Source: Ostreococcus lucimarinus (Eukaryota). Taken from it: a DNA stretch of 64,000 nt. Within the stretch, counting starts at the first letter, position 1; each line of letters begins with the position of its first letter. Shown here one piece after another: positions 32,147 to 42,522 of the stretch. Where the stretch lies: assembly GCA_000092065.1 (NCBI GenBank), contig CP000585.1. The stretch is one strand, 5' to 3'. The position numbers and the translations under genes are program-made. The notes under the pieces are model-generated. The model was not told where the DNA came from. It did not search any database and saw only the letters and a program-made list of their open reading frames with translations.

Positions 32147-34480
32147 TTAGACGGAGTAAGTCTTCGAGCCGTCCTGGCGAACGTCGCCGCGCAGAACGAG
32201 CTCGGCGATGTCCTCGCACGAGCCGAGGAAGAGCGGCGAGCGCTCGTGAAGCGTCGTCGGTTTCTTGTCGAGTATGGTTTCGACGCCGTTTGTCGCTTCG
32301 TCCGAGCAACGAATGCCATCAGAAGATGCCGCACCGGCGGCGCGAGCGACGAAGGCGAGTGGAGCCGCTTCGAAGACAACGCGAAGGTGCGGTCGCGGGT
32401 TGCCACACCATCCGCCGTAAATCAGCGTTCGGTGCGCATCCCCGACGAGCGAACAGATGTATCGCGCGCTGTACTGAGAGCCGCTCTCGCCTCGACCGTT
32501 ACGAATATCATTAATGTACGACTTCAAGCCTTCGGGCCAGTCATCAAATCTGGCGTCGTTGAGCGAGTACACTTGACCTCTGGGAGGGCACGACATACGT
32601 TTGTTTGCCACGGCGAATTCGCCGTCAAACAACGTGTACTCGACCGCTGGACCTTCATCGCCGCACGCAAGAACTAACGTTGTCGCGCCGCTATAGTGCG
32701 CGTATCCAGCGGCGACTTGCTCGCGCCCTGGTTGCACGGCGTTCTCTTCGGCAGAAGCTCCCTCGATAGCGCGATATACGCCGAAGATTGACCCCACTGG
32801 AACATTGCAGGCAATGTTTCGCGAGCCATCGAGCGGATCAATGCACACGACGTAACCACCGTCGACATTCAACACAACAGGCGTGTCATCTTCCTCGCTA
32901 GCGTAGTACTTGACACCTCCACACTCCGTAAGGTGCCTTTTAAAGATGTCATTCGCCACGACGTCGAGCTTTTGCTGCGAATCGCCGGAAGCGTTACTTC
33001 CACCTGCGGCGCCGAGAAGTTCGCTGCCTCGCAAAGGCGCGCTCGCTAAAGCACTTGCGAGCTCTTTACTTGCGTTCGCCAGGGCGACGAGGACTTTACT
33101 CAGCATCAAGCGTTCTGTGGGCGAGCTATCGCGACCGGCGAAAGATTCGCATTCATGAATTTGTGAACCGACGGCGAACTGTCTTGCCGGATTGGAGTTC
33201 CATTGGACAACGCCGTACTTACCGGTGACCATCCAGCTTTCTTCCTTCTTGGCCATTTCTTGACGTTCACGAGAAATACCGCACCCCAGCTCAGCTTTCA
33301 ACGTACGCAAAGCTAATAGTGGTGCGGGAAAATACGCCGAGACGTCTTCGAAAGGCGTGTCCAGCTCCCACAAACAATCATTAAGAAGCCGCCGATAGTT
33401 CGCGTCTCCCTTGATGATGACGAGATCTGAAGACTTCAAGTCATCGTGAGCTTTCCGCGGGAGCGCCCATAACGGTTGTGGCTGGCACCATGCAAAGTCC
33501 GGTGTGATCGCCCACGCGCCACTACTGAGATGCGCCGCCCATCGACGGCCCATGACAGCCGTGTCCTCGTCCTCGCTCTTCATCATCGCGTCGATGGTAT
33601 CTCTGCAATCCTTGTCCATCGCATCCGACACAAAGACAGGGTGCGCCTTGACGCGAAGGATTACTCGTTGCACAGCACCGCTGGTGATCAGCGCATCCGC
33701 GAGTGCGAGGTCGCTCACAAGCTCGAAGCCGGCGTTGTCAACGACGATCGACACGTCACGCATGCCCTTCGCGAGCGCTGTGGACACCCGTTCGCTATCG
33801 TCCCACAGAAGGTACTCTTCACCAGCGTGTAGCGCTTCGACAAATGCCTCGCTTGCGCGATTCGATCCATCGCCATCCGATCCAGACTCAGGCCATATAC
33901 TCAGATCCATTCGGTTTCCCCAAAGTGCCACCATAACAAAGAGTCGAAGTTCTTCGGCGAGCGTCGACGCAGTCTTGGCTCGTTTTGAGAAAGAGTTGGC
34001 CTTCTTCGCCAGAGACGCCGCTGCCTGCGCGCCTGCACGCAGGCCATTCATTTTATCTACCGAGAACGGGTCGAAGTTAAAGAGCTTGGACTCTGAATCG
34101 AAGTAACCGATGGCGTTCAGGATGCGTCGATAAAAGTAAAACTCGACCAGAAGCCAAGGCGCGTCTAACCACGTCGTTCCAATCCACGGATCAAGGATTT
34201 CGCGCCACGTCTCGATATCAGGACCACCATCCGGTGTGATGTGTTCGATGACACTCGTCGACGCCGTGGAGAGCTCAGCCTCGAGTCTACGTAGTTTAAT
34301 CTCTGCGTCGCTCCCGGGCGTGAGTACAGTGGCATTGTCCCTGAAAACTCTTCCAAGAATGTCTTCACGAAGACGGCGATTCACAGTGTCGTACGACCAC
34401 GTTCCCGGGACGTTGTTCACGATCACGGGTGGCGTGGAACCGTCCCAAGTGCGCGGGCCCGCTGCGGCGCCATTATCCAT
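32147..34480 (-). CDS. fusion protein: N-terminal DUF89/ARMT1-type metal-dependent sugar-phosphate phosphatase + C-terminal fructose-1,6-bisphosphatase-like domain
   Basis: N-terminal half: VVDNAGFELVSDLALAD..., IIKGDANYRRL (DUF89 hallmarks). C-terminal half: FBPase motifs VCIDPLDGSRNI, VGSIFGVYR, ICSLVGDAHRTLIYGGWCGNP. ORF open to 34606 but that is 12 bp from upstream gene stop; internal Met (MDNGAAAG, 34480) chosen. Confidence 0.65.
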   Translation of the reverse strand: MDNGAAAGPRTWDGSTPPVIVNNVPGTWSYDTVNRRLREDILGRVFRDNATVLTPGSDAEIKLRRLEAELSTASTSVIEHITPDGGPDIETWREILDPWIGTTWLDAPWLLVEFYFYRRILNAIGYFDSESKLFNFDPFSVDKMNGLRAGAQAAASLAKKANSFSKRAKTASTLAEELRLFVMVALWGNRMDLSIWPESGSDGDGSNRASEAFVEALHAGEEYLLWDDSERVSTALAKGMRDVSIVVDNAGFELVSDLALADALITSGAVQRVILRVKAHPVFVSDAMDKDCRDTIDAMMKSEDEDTAVMGRRWAAHLSSGAWAITPDFAWCQPQPLWALPRKAHDDLKSSDLVIIKGDANYRRLLNDCLWELDTPFEDVSAYFPAPLLALRTLKAELGCGISRERQEMAKKEESWMVTGKYGVVQWNSNPARQFAVGSQIHECESFAGRDSSPTERLMLSKVLVALANASKELASALASAPLRGSELLGAAGGSNASGDSQQKLDVVANDIFKRHLTECGGVKYYASEEDDTPVVLNVDGGYVVCIDPLDGSRNIACNVPVGSIFGVYRAIEGASAEENAVQPGREQVAAGYAHYSGATTLVLACGDEGPAVEYTLFDGEFAVANKRMSCPPRGQVYSLNDARFDDWPEGLKSYINDIRNGRGESGSQYSARYICSLVGDAHRTLIYGGWCGNPRPHLRVVFEAAPLAFVARAAGAASSDGIRCSDEATNGVETILDKKPTTLHERSPLFLGSCEDIAELVLRGDVRQDGSKTYSV

Positions 34481-34618
34481 CCGTCCCGCTCGTCTTCGCA
34501 GAGACGCTCGACTCTCCCTGAGCATCGACGACGACGTGCGACGCGACGAAGGAGACGCCGTTGATGCCGTCGACGCGCGCTCGTGCGCGCTCAGTGCTGC
34601 GCGCATCTTTGTAGCGCG

Positions 34619-36427
34619 TCACTCACCACTCTCGCGCATGGCGACAAAGCGCGCTAAAAAAGACTCCAGAATGAAAACTCGATAGGCGAGCAATTCGCTA
34701 AACTCGTCGTCTTCGAGGGATCGAATTTTCTCTAACATTATCTGCGCCAAGAACGGGTGAGACTTGAAGATTTCTTCGATGGCCGATGCGCGCGCGCGCC
34801 AGAGTTCGCACACGGTGAGCGCCGAAGCGCGGACTGATTTTCTTCGTTCGGGTGGAATGAGTTCGTCCAATCCAAAGTAGCACAAGTACGCATCGGCTTG
34901 CCCAGTGAGAACAGCGATCATTTTGCGCTCGTTGGGACTTGAAATTGCCACGACTCCTTCGGTGACGACGTAAAAGTAACCAGAATCTATGACCATTCCA
35001 GGCTCGATGACGACTAGCTCGAATACACTCACGATGTGCTGACAAAGGCCGTTCGAGACGTTCCCGAATATTCGACCAACGTTCGGCGCGAGCATGTGGT
35101 GCGCCATGGACGCCATTAAATCAGTCGGCAATGACTTCATGATTTCTTCGTTTTCTCGTAGGAACGTGCGCCGTGGCTCGACTTCTGAAATGAACGACAT
35201 GATGTGCCTCCTGATGTGCGTCGGTGCGTGTTGCCGATCGAGAAATGCGTGCACACGCGTCACGCGTTCTCGAAATTTGCGCTGTCGCGACATCGTTGTT
35301 GAAAGTGCCTGAATCGATGCTCCCATGCTCCCAACGAGATAGGCGAAGAAGATCGCGCCCACGATCATCGCTACGGTCGATATGCAACGCTCGAGGTCAT
35401 TCGATCCCGCAGAGATGTCGCCAAAACCGACGGTCGTGATCGTGGCAGTGGCAAAATATAGTGCAACGATGTAGATTTCGGAGTTTGACCCATCTGCCAA
35501 GTCCGCCTGCGTGAGCCAGCTTTGATTACGGCCTTCCTGAATCGCAACGAAGATGTAGACGCACGCCACAGAATGGACCAAAAGCGCAAACACGAGCAGC
35601 GTCTGCGCGATGAATATCACCATCGGAGTCATACGAAACAGCTTCATGAACAAAATCTCCGGCGTCGTCAACGATGAACCAGTCACTCGAAGAACTCGCA
35701 AAAGACGTAGAATTCTCGTTAGGCGTTCCACCGGTGTGGATTCGCCTTTAATCGAGGCGATTATTTGCACGACAAACGGGACGCTCACTATCACGTCCGT
35801 GACAAATGAACCTTCAAGGATGTATATCTTACGGATGAGTCTGGGAGTCGTGATGAGCTTCCGTCGCCCCGTGGAGCGACACGTCAAAACTTTGGCTTCT
35901 AAGAAGTTGACCACAAACGTATCGATGAAGAAGAGCGCTCCTGCGACGAAATCGATAATCGGCGCAGCACTCAACCCTCTCCCTTTGAGCTTCATCGGGT
36001 AATCAAACGCTATGACAAACGGTTCAATGACAGACATCATCACTGTTACCGCCACGATGATCACGTTCCAAGCAAGCTGAAATCGCGACGACGGGAGAAA
36101 AAGAGATTCCCACCGTGGCCGACGATGCCGCGTTCTTCGCGCGTCCTCTTTCACGTACGCGTAGAACCTACTCGAATTCACCAACACGCCGTGTTTATAC
36201 GATTCTCGCACAAGTGTAGACTCGAGATCATCTTCTTCTATCACGAAACCTTCGATATCTTCCTCTTGCTCAAGACATTGTGACAACGGCGTGGCTCTGC
36301 GCTCTACGACTCCTGGTCCACCGTGCGCAAGCCTTATCGCAGCAGAGATGGCTGTGCCGCCCCAAGGTAAACGATCGCGCGTGCGATCAGAGGATAGCAG
36401 TGCTTGCTCGAGCGATCGGAATGACAT
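34619..36427 (-). CDS. cyclic-nucleotide-binding-domain K+ channel
   Basis: Six-TM voltage-sensor-like region with R-spaced S4 (RILRLLRVLRV), pore TTVGFGDI (K+ selectivity GFGD), C-terminal cNMP-binding fold. Lower GC. Confidence 0.7.
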   Translation of the reverse strand: MSFRSLEQALLSSDRTRDRLPWGGTAISAAIRLAHGGPGVVERRATPLSQCLEQEEDIEGFVIEEDDLESTLVRESYKHGVLVNSSRFYAYVKEDARRTRHRRPRWESLFLPSSRFQLAWNVIIVAVTVMMSVIEPFVIAFDYPMKLKGRGLSAAPIIDFVAGALFFIDTFVVNFLEAKVLTCRSTGRRKLITTPRLIRKIYILEGSFVTDVIVSVPFVVQIIASIKGESTPVERLTRILRLLRVLRVTGSSLTTPEILFMKLFRMTPMVIFIAQTLLVFALLVHSVACVYIFVAIQEGRNQSWLTQADLADGSNSEIYIVALYFATATITTVGFGDISAGSNDLERCISTVAMIVGAIFFAYLVGSMGASIQALSTTMSRQRKFRERVTRVHAFLDRQHAPTHIRRHIMSFISEVEPRRTFLRENEEIMKSLPTDLMASMAHHMLAPNVGRIFGNVSNGLCQHIVSVFELVVIEPGMVIDSGYFYVVTEGVVAISSPNERKMIAVLTGQADAYLCYFGLDELIPPERRKSVRASALTVCELWRARASAIEEIFKSHPFLAQIMLEKIRSLEDDEFSELLAYRVFILESFLARFVAMRESGE

Positions 36428-36511
36428 GCGAAACGGTTAGGAAGGAGCGCGAGGTATACTGTGGGGGCACCGGCGTCGTAACTACGATGTGTTTGGAATA
36501 CAATACTATAC

Positions 36512-38872
36512 TCAAAGTTTGAGAGATGGCTTGTTCTTCGCGGAGTCTGACTTGCTCTTCTTCGCCACACCGCCGCGCGCGGCGTCTGCGTCTTTGGCAT
36601 CTTGGAGCATGCCGAAAACCTTGCTCGATTTGGAGAAATCGGATTTGGATTTCCCAGCCGCCGAACCGACGGCGAGCATCGCAACTTTCGGCGCCTTGCG
36701 CGTGAAACCAGCATCTTCTTCTGCCTTGTGCTGGGCCTCGCGTGCGCGGTCTCGTTTGGCCTTGACGCGATCTTTCTCTTCTTGCGCGGCTTTGGACTTC
36801 CGTTTTCGCTTGGCACGACCAGCCTTGCGTTCCTCCTTGGTGAGTTCGTCGTCCGCCTTGACGGCGCCAGCGGCGGAGCCGCGCTGTCCGCCCTTGCCTT
36901 CGCCTCCCGCGAAGACTTCCTCGGGCGCCAGACGTTTGGACTCGTCGAACGTCAACGGCACAATATTCCCCTTCGCACGCGCGGCGAGTTCCCGATCGAT
37001 CTTCTTTTCGAGATCCTTCGGATCCTCCACCTCGCCCGTTTGCAAGAGCACGTCCAAGCGATACGAAAGCGTGGCCCAGAGCTTCTTCACCTCGGCAACC
37101 ATGGGGTCTTCCTTCTCGCCGAGCGCGACGCCAGCCTTTTGACGCATGTACTCATCGGCGTAAATATCACCTAAACCCTTGGTAGACTTGGTGTCGTCGA
37201 GTTGTGGGAGCTCCTTGCGTTCGCGCTCCTCCACGGGTTCGACACGCTCGACGTCGTCGAATCGGCCTTCGATGATTCGCTGCTTGATGATTTCCTCGAG
37301 CTTCTGGGTTATCTCTGCGCTGATCACCGGCGCAGGTGCCATGACGTGCTCGAACTCGAGATCAGTTTCCAACGCGCTATTCATCGGCCGCTCTTTTGCT
37401 GCGGCTTCACCCTTGAGAAGCCAAGACTTTTCGCCGATGGCCGCGGCTTCGAGCTTTTCGATTTGGCGCCCGAGCGCTTCTTGTTGGCGCTGGAACGCCG
37501 ACTTCGGACCCGACCGCGGCACTTCCTTCTCGTCGTCGTCGATGGCGTCGCTATCGCCGTCTTCGCCCTCCGCCTCCGCACGAGCAAGCTCGGCGTCCAA
37601 ATCCGCGTCCAGCTTTCTATCCAACTCATCGAGCTCTTCTTCGTCGCCAGCGACGAGTTCGTCTTCTTCGTCCTCTTCTTCCTCGTCGTCGTACTCGTCC
37701 GCGTCATCGTCATGGTTTTCGATTCCACGACTACCGGCGATACCGGTCTCCAACTCCCCATCCAAATCGTCATCCTCTTCGTCGTCGTCTTCGCCGTCCT
37801 CAAGTTCGTTGAACATGTCCTCCTCCTCGTCGCTCAACTCGTTCAGTTCAGCGTCTGTCGAAGCGCCGAGCTTGCCACCCTTGCGCCCACCGAGAGGCTG
37901 CCCCTGGCGCTTGCCGAAAAAGTCTTCAAACATTAAATCTTGCGCCTTCTTGCCCTTGGTGGCTTTCCTCGTCGATTTTTTCTTGCGCGCGCTCGCGCTC
38001 ACGCCGGCGAGTTTCGCCGTGTACGCCAACGCGTCATCAAGGTCATCCTCCTCGTCAGAGTTCTCGTTTTCGTCCCCATCTTCGTCGCTGTCGCTCATGT
38101 CTCCGTATATGTCGAGCATATCGTCGTCTGACTCGCCCTCTTCGTCCGCCGAGCCGCCGTCTACTTCTTCGTTCGCGCGACGGCGCTTCTCCTCCTCGAC
38201 GTCTCCTTGATCCATGAAGCTCTCCATCTCGTCCAAACTAAACATTCCAGGCTTTTGAAAGATCTGCGCGGTGCGATCACTTCCGCTCGATTTCTTACCG
38301 CTCTTCGCGCGTCGATCGTCCCGTCCTTCGTCGTCGTCTTCGCTTTCGTCTTCGCCGCCGCCTTCGTCGCTTTCGCCCTCGTCTTCGCTCTCGTCGTCAT
38401 CGCTCCCTCCCTCACCCTCATCGATCGACACTCGAAACAACTTATCGACGTCTATCTCGCCCCCCCGCGCGCCTTTCCCGCCCAACGCTCGCACCGCGCG
38501 CTTACACGCCGCCAACACCGGCGCCGTCTGCGCGTCCACCTGCGTCCACACCTGCTCGCAATCCAACCCATCGACCACGAGTTCGTCCCCCAGCGGCAGC
38601 GCGATCGTCCGCGCGCCCTCTCCCGCGATCACCGCTCGCGTGAGCCGCGCGAACAGCGCGCGCGCGGCGTCCCGCACCGCCTCGCGCGCCTTCGTCGCCG
38701 TCGCCTCCGTCGAGCCGCCGCCGCCGACCGCGCGTTTCCGCCGCGCGCCGGGCGCGCGCGACGCGCGCGGCGTCGCCCCCGAGTCCGCGAGCGTCGTCGC
38801 GAGCGTCGTCGCCCATCGCGCGTCGGGCACCGCGGGCGCCGCCGCGGGCGCGCCGCGCCGCCGCGCGCCCAT
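36512..38872 (-). CDS. MPP10: U3 snoRNP protein MPP10
   Basis: Long acidic (D/E-rich) stretches; conserved C-terminal block EKSWLLKGEAAAKERPMNSALETDLEFEHVMAPAPVISAEITQKLEEIIKQRI matching Mpp10 family. Confidence 0.7.
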   Translation of the reverse strand: MGARRRGAPAAAPAVPDARWATTLATTLADSGATPRASRAPGARRKRAVGGGGSTEATATKAREAVRDAARALFARLTRAVIAGEGARTIALPLGDELVVDGLDCEQVWTQVDAQTAPVLAACKRAVRALGGKGARGGEIDVDKLFRVSIDEGEGGSDDDESEDEGESDEGGGEDESEDDDEGRDDRRAKSGKKSSGSDRTAQIFQKPGMFSLDEMESFMDQGDVEEEKRRRANEEVDGGSADEEGESDDDMLDIYGDMSDSDEDGDENENSDEEDDLDDALAYTAKLAGVSASARKKKSTRKATKGKKAQDLMFEDFFGKRQGQPLGGRKGGKLGASTDAELNELSDEEEDMFNELEDGEDDDEEDDDLDGELETGIAGSRGIENHDDDADEYDDEEEEDEEDELVAGDEEELDELDRKLDADLDAELARAEAEGEDGDSDAIDDDEKEVPRSGPKSAFQRQQEALGRQIEKLEAAAIGEKSWLLKGEAAAKERPMNSALETDLEFEHVMAPAPVISAEITQKLEEIIKQRIIEGRFDDVERVEPVEERERKELPQLDDTKSTKGLGDIYADEYMRQKAGVALGEKEDPMVAEVKKLWATLSYRLDVLLQTGEVEDPKDLEKKIDRELAARAKGNIVPLTFDESKRLAPEEVFAGGEGKGGQRGSAAGAVKADDELTKEERKAGRAKRKRKSKAAQEEKDRVKAKRDRAREAQHKAEEDAGFTRKAPKVAMLAVGSAAGKSKSDFSKSSKVFGMLQDAKDADAARGGVAKKSKSDSAKNKPSLKL

Positions 38873-39502
38873 CGCCGCGCGTCGCGAAGTCGCGCGTCGG
38901 CGGGCGCGTCCACACTACGAGGATGCGCGCTATCTGTACAGGCAAACAGTGAGAGATGGTGGTCGGTCGGACGCGCGGGCTCGGCGACCGCCGCGCGCGC
39001 GCGCGCCGTCTCTTCACGACGCGCGACTTCACGCGATGGGTGCGTCCTCGACGAGCGCGCGCGAGCGACGCGAGCGCGACGACGCGGAGGCGCCGCGGCG
39101 CGCGCGCGGACGTCGCGCGCGACGGCGACGCGACGCGCGCGGACGTCGCGCGGGCGCGACGATCGCGCGTAGGGTCGCGGTGACGCGCGCGATGACGCGC
39201 GCGCGGGGCGCGACGCCGCGCGTCGGACGCGGCGCGCGCGCGATGGGTGTGGATGATATCGCGCGCGCGCGGTGCGCGCGGGTCGACGCGCGCGGGCGCG
39301 CGCGGGCGACGCAGGCGAGGATGACGGGGGCGACGCTGGGATGGGGCGAAAGCCCTAACCTCGCGATGGCGCGATGGACGCGGGGCGACCGCGGCGCGCG
39401 GACGGCGCGCGGACGCGCGGAGATGGGTGAATGCGTGAAGCATAAATATTTCGCGCGCGCGATCGATGACTGACGACGACTCGCGAACGTTTTATCGACG
39501 CA

Positions 39503-39871
39503 GTGCACCTTCGATGCCACGAACTCCGCGAGCGCTCCAAGCACGACTTGAAGCAGCAGCTGGAACAGTTGAAGACGGAACTCGCGGCGCTGCGAGTCGC
39601 GAAAGTCACGGGTGGTGCGCCCGGTAAGCTTAGTAAGATTAAGCAAGTGAGACTGGCGATCGCGCAAACGCTCACGGTGATGCGTCACAAGCAGTTGAAC
39701 TCGTTGCGCGAGGCGTACGCGGGGGCGAAGTACACGCCGCTCGACTTGCGACAAAAGAAGACGCGCGCGATTCGCCGCGCGTTGACCAAGTCCGAGAAGG
39801 GTGCGAAGACTGTTCGCCAGGCGAAGAAGGACGCCGCGTTCCCGAAGCGCAAGTACGCGCTCAAGGCGTAA
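39503..39871 (+). CDS. RPL35: 60S ribosomal protein L35 (uL29), downstream exon; short 5' exon with ATG not resolved
   Basis: [45 protein letters not shown]... canonical uL29; ORF begins at GTG immediately after a CAG acceptor preceded by ACTGAC branch (39466-39471). Confidence 0.8.
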   Translation: MHLRCHELRERSKHDLKQQLEQLKTELAALRVAKVTGGAPGKLSKIKQVRLAIAQTLTVMRHKQLNSLREAYAGAKYTPLDLRQKKTRAIRRALTKSEKGAKTVRQAKKDAAFPKRKYALKA

Positions 39872-40054
39872 AGGAACTGCGATTCTTTTTCGTAGAAAAC
39901 TTCTTTAGGATGGACGTGACGAGATAGCTTTGTAATCGAATTCCGGCGAGATTTCGACATTCCCGGCGCGTTCGACCATGACCCGCGCGCCGCGCAAGCT
40001 CGTGTTTGCTGTCGTTGAATGAATTAAATCGTTGCTACGCGACGCGTGTACAAT

Positions 40055-41185
40055 TCACGCCGCTCTGCTATTTGGGGAGTCGTCGTCGTCGGCTTGCGGC
40101 GCCGGCGCGTTTTTGCGCGTCTCTTCCTCGGCAAACTCTTTCAAGAGCTCTTCTTGCCGCGGCGACAAATTTGCGGGCGTCGAAACGCTAAACCTAACAA
40201 ACAAATCACCGACGAGAGCGGTGCCGAGAACCGGCAAACCGCGCCCGCGCAATCGTAACTGGTCTCCGTGTTGCGTCGCCTTGCGAACCTTGACCTCGAC
40301 TTCGCCGTCCATCGTCGGCGCCTTCACCGTGCCCCCCAAAGCGGCGGTAGGGAAGGGAATATCGATGCTCGTGACCAAATCGCTTCCGACGCGTCTAAAT
40401 CGCGGATCCATCCTGACCTGGACGTTGATATATAAGCTACCTACGCGCCCTCCGACGCCGCGAATGCCTTCGCCGGCGACGCGCAGTCTTTGCCCATCCT
40501 CGACGCCCTTTGGGATGTCCACCTTGACCTCTCGCGCGGGCTGCGTCTCACGCTTCCCTCGCACGTTCGTCACCGTCTCTGGAATGTTGATTTCTCGGCT
40601 CACGCCGCGGCGGACGTCATCCAGGGTTATTTGAACGTTTGCCTGAATATCGCGAGCGCCGCCGCGACCGCCGCCGAAGAAGTCTTGCAAAACTTCCTCG
40701 AACGGATCGAACCCACCCGCGCCGCCGCCGCTCTGGTAAAACCCTTGGAATCCACCTCGTCCGCCGAAATCTTGGAACCCGCTGAACCCTCCTCCCCCGG
40801 CCCCGCCCCCGCCGTTCTCCATGCTCTCGTAATTCGCGTGTCCGACTTGGTCGTACGCGCTTCGCGTCTTCGCGTCCCTCAACACCTCGTACGCCTTCTG
40901 CACCTCCTGAAACCGCTTCTCCGTCTCCTCGTCGCCCTTATTCGTGTCCGGGTGATACTTCTTCGCCAACGCGTAGTACGCCTTTTTAATCTCCCCCGCG
41001 CTCGCGCCGCGCTCCACGCCCAGCACCTCGTAATAGCTCCGTCCCGCCGCCTCCGCCCGCGCGCTCGCGCGAAATCCTCGCGCCCGCGCCGCCGCCGCCG
41101 CCACCGCGCTCCCGATCGTCGTCGTCGCCGCCGTCGACCGTCTCGCGAACCCATCGCGCGCGCCGCGCGTCGCCGTCGTCGACAT
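40055..41185 (-). CDS. DnaJ/Hsp40 (J-domain, G/F-rich, C-terminal substrate-binding domains; no CxxCxGxG finger), likely mitochondrial
   Basis: J-domain [54 protein letters not shown]; G/F region; DnaJ C-terminal beta domains. Listed 759-aa ORF is extended upstream by R-rich artefact; start set at MSTTATRG (41185). Confidence 0.75.
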   Translation of the reverse strand: MSTTATRGARDGFARRSTAATTTIGSAVAAAAARARGFRASARAEAAGRSYYEVLGVERGASAGEIKKAYYALAKKYHPDTNKGDEETEKRFQEVQKAYEVLRDAKTRSAYDQVGHANYESMENGGGGAGGGGFSGFQDFGGRGGFQGFYQSGGGAGGFDPFEEVLQDFFGGGRGGARDIQANVQITLDDVRRGVSREINIPETVTNVRGKRETQPAREVKVDIPKGVEDGQRLRVAGEGIRGVGGRVGSLYINVQVRMDPRFRRVGSDLVTSIDIPFPTAALGGTVKAPTMDGEVEVKVRKATQHGDQLRLRGRGLPVLGTALVGDLFVRFSVSTPANLSPRQEELLKEFAEEETRKNAPAPQADDDDSPNSRAA

Positions 41186-41464
41186 CGTTCGCCGCGCGTC
41201 GCGCGCGCCCGCGCGTTCGATCGCGCGCGCGGCGCGTCGCGCGACCGCGATCGCTCTCGCGCGCGACATGTTCGTCGCGTCGTTCGACGCGCCGCGCGTC
41301 GCGCGACGCGAAGTGCGCGCGACGACGCGAATTCGCGCCGACGCATCCGTCGAATCGCTCGCGCGGCGAAAACCTCGACCGCCGACGACGCGACGCATCG
41401 CGACGCGCGAGCGCACGCGCGAGCGCTCGACGCGCGACGGCGCGCGAACGAACGCGCGCGAGCG

Positions 41465-42292
41465 ATGCACCTGGCGCGCGCGATGGCGTTCAGAACCGCC
41501 GCGCGAGGCGGAGGCGCGCGCGTGGCGATGCCCTCGAACGCGCCGGCGCGAGCGCGAACGTACCGCGCGAGCGACGTGACGTGCGGACGCAAGGCGGCGA
41601 AGATCGCGCAGAAGAAGGGCAAGACGGACGCGGCGCGCACGAAGCTGTACGGAAGGTACGGGAAGCTGATCGCGCAGACGGTGAAGCAGGGAGGGAGCGC
41701 GGACCCGGTGGCGAACGCGGCGCTGGGGAAACTGCTGAAGCAGGCGCAAGCGGCGAACGTGCCGAGAGATTTGATCGAAAGAAACATAAAAAAGGCGGCG
41801 GAAGGGAAATCTGGGGATTACTTTGAGCTGACGTACGAGGTGTACGGGGCGGGAGGGGTCGGGATCGTGTGCGAGGTGCTGACGGATAACGTCAACCGCG
41901 CGGCGAGCGAGACGAGAACCGCGGCGACGAAGGCTGGGGGCAAGATGGCCGAATCGGGAAGCGTTATGTTTAACTTTAATCGACGCGGCGTGTGCGTGCT
42001 CGACGGTGGCGACGAAGAGGCGGTGTTTGAGGCGGCGATGGAAGCCGGCGCCGAGGACATCGTTCCGCGACGCGACGGCGCCGAGGGTTGGGACGTCGTC
42101 TGCGAGCTGGACGATTTCTCCGCCGTGCAGGACGCGCTCAGCGAAGCGGGATTCACGATCAACGAAGACACCGGGCTGAAGTGCATCCCGATCAACGAGA
42201 TCGAGACGAGCGACGAAGACGCCGACGTCAACGACAAGATCATCGACGCGCTGCTCGATCTCGACGACGTCGACGCGGTGTACTCGCAATAA
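41465..42292 (+). CDS. YebC/PmpR-family protein (TACO1-like)
   Basis: [29 protein letters not shown]...[18 protein letters not shown]...DDVDAVY matches DUF28/YebC; divergent from DnaJ gene across 280-bp intergenic. Confidence 0.75.
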   Translation: MHLARAMAFRTAARGGGARVAMPSNAPARARTYRASDVTCGRKAAKIAQKKGKTDAARTKLYGRYGKLIAQTVKQGGSADPVANAALGKLLKQAQAANVPRDLIERNIKKAAEGKSGDYFELTYEVYGAGGVGIVCEVLTDNVNRAASETRTAATKAGGKMAESGSVMFNFNRRGVCVLDGGDEEAVFEAAMEAGAEDIVPRRDGAEGWDVVCELDDFSAVQDALSEAGFTINEDTGLKCIPINEIETSDEDADVNDKIIDALLDLDDVDAVYSQ

Positions 42293-42522
42293 AATTCGCG
42301 TCGAATCCATTCTTAACTCATTTAATACGCACATCTTCGCGTTTCTTCCGTTTTCGCGTCGCCGCGCCGCGAAAGATGCCGATTACCCGCGCGCGGCGCC
42401 GCCGCCGCGCAAAGTCTTCCCAATCCCCGCCCTCGGCGACGCGTTTTCCCTCACAGTCACGCGCGTCGCGCCCCTCGCCCTTCCGCGTCGCGCGCGGACG
42501 AACGCGAACGCGTTCGCGCGAT

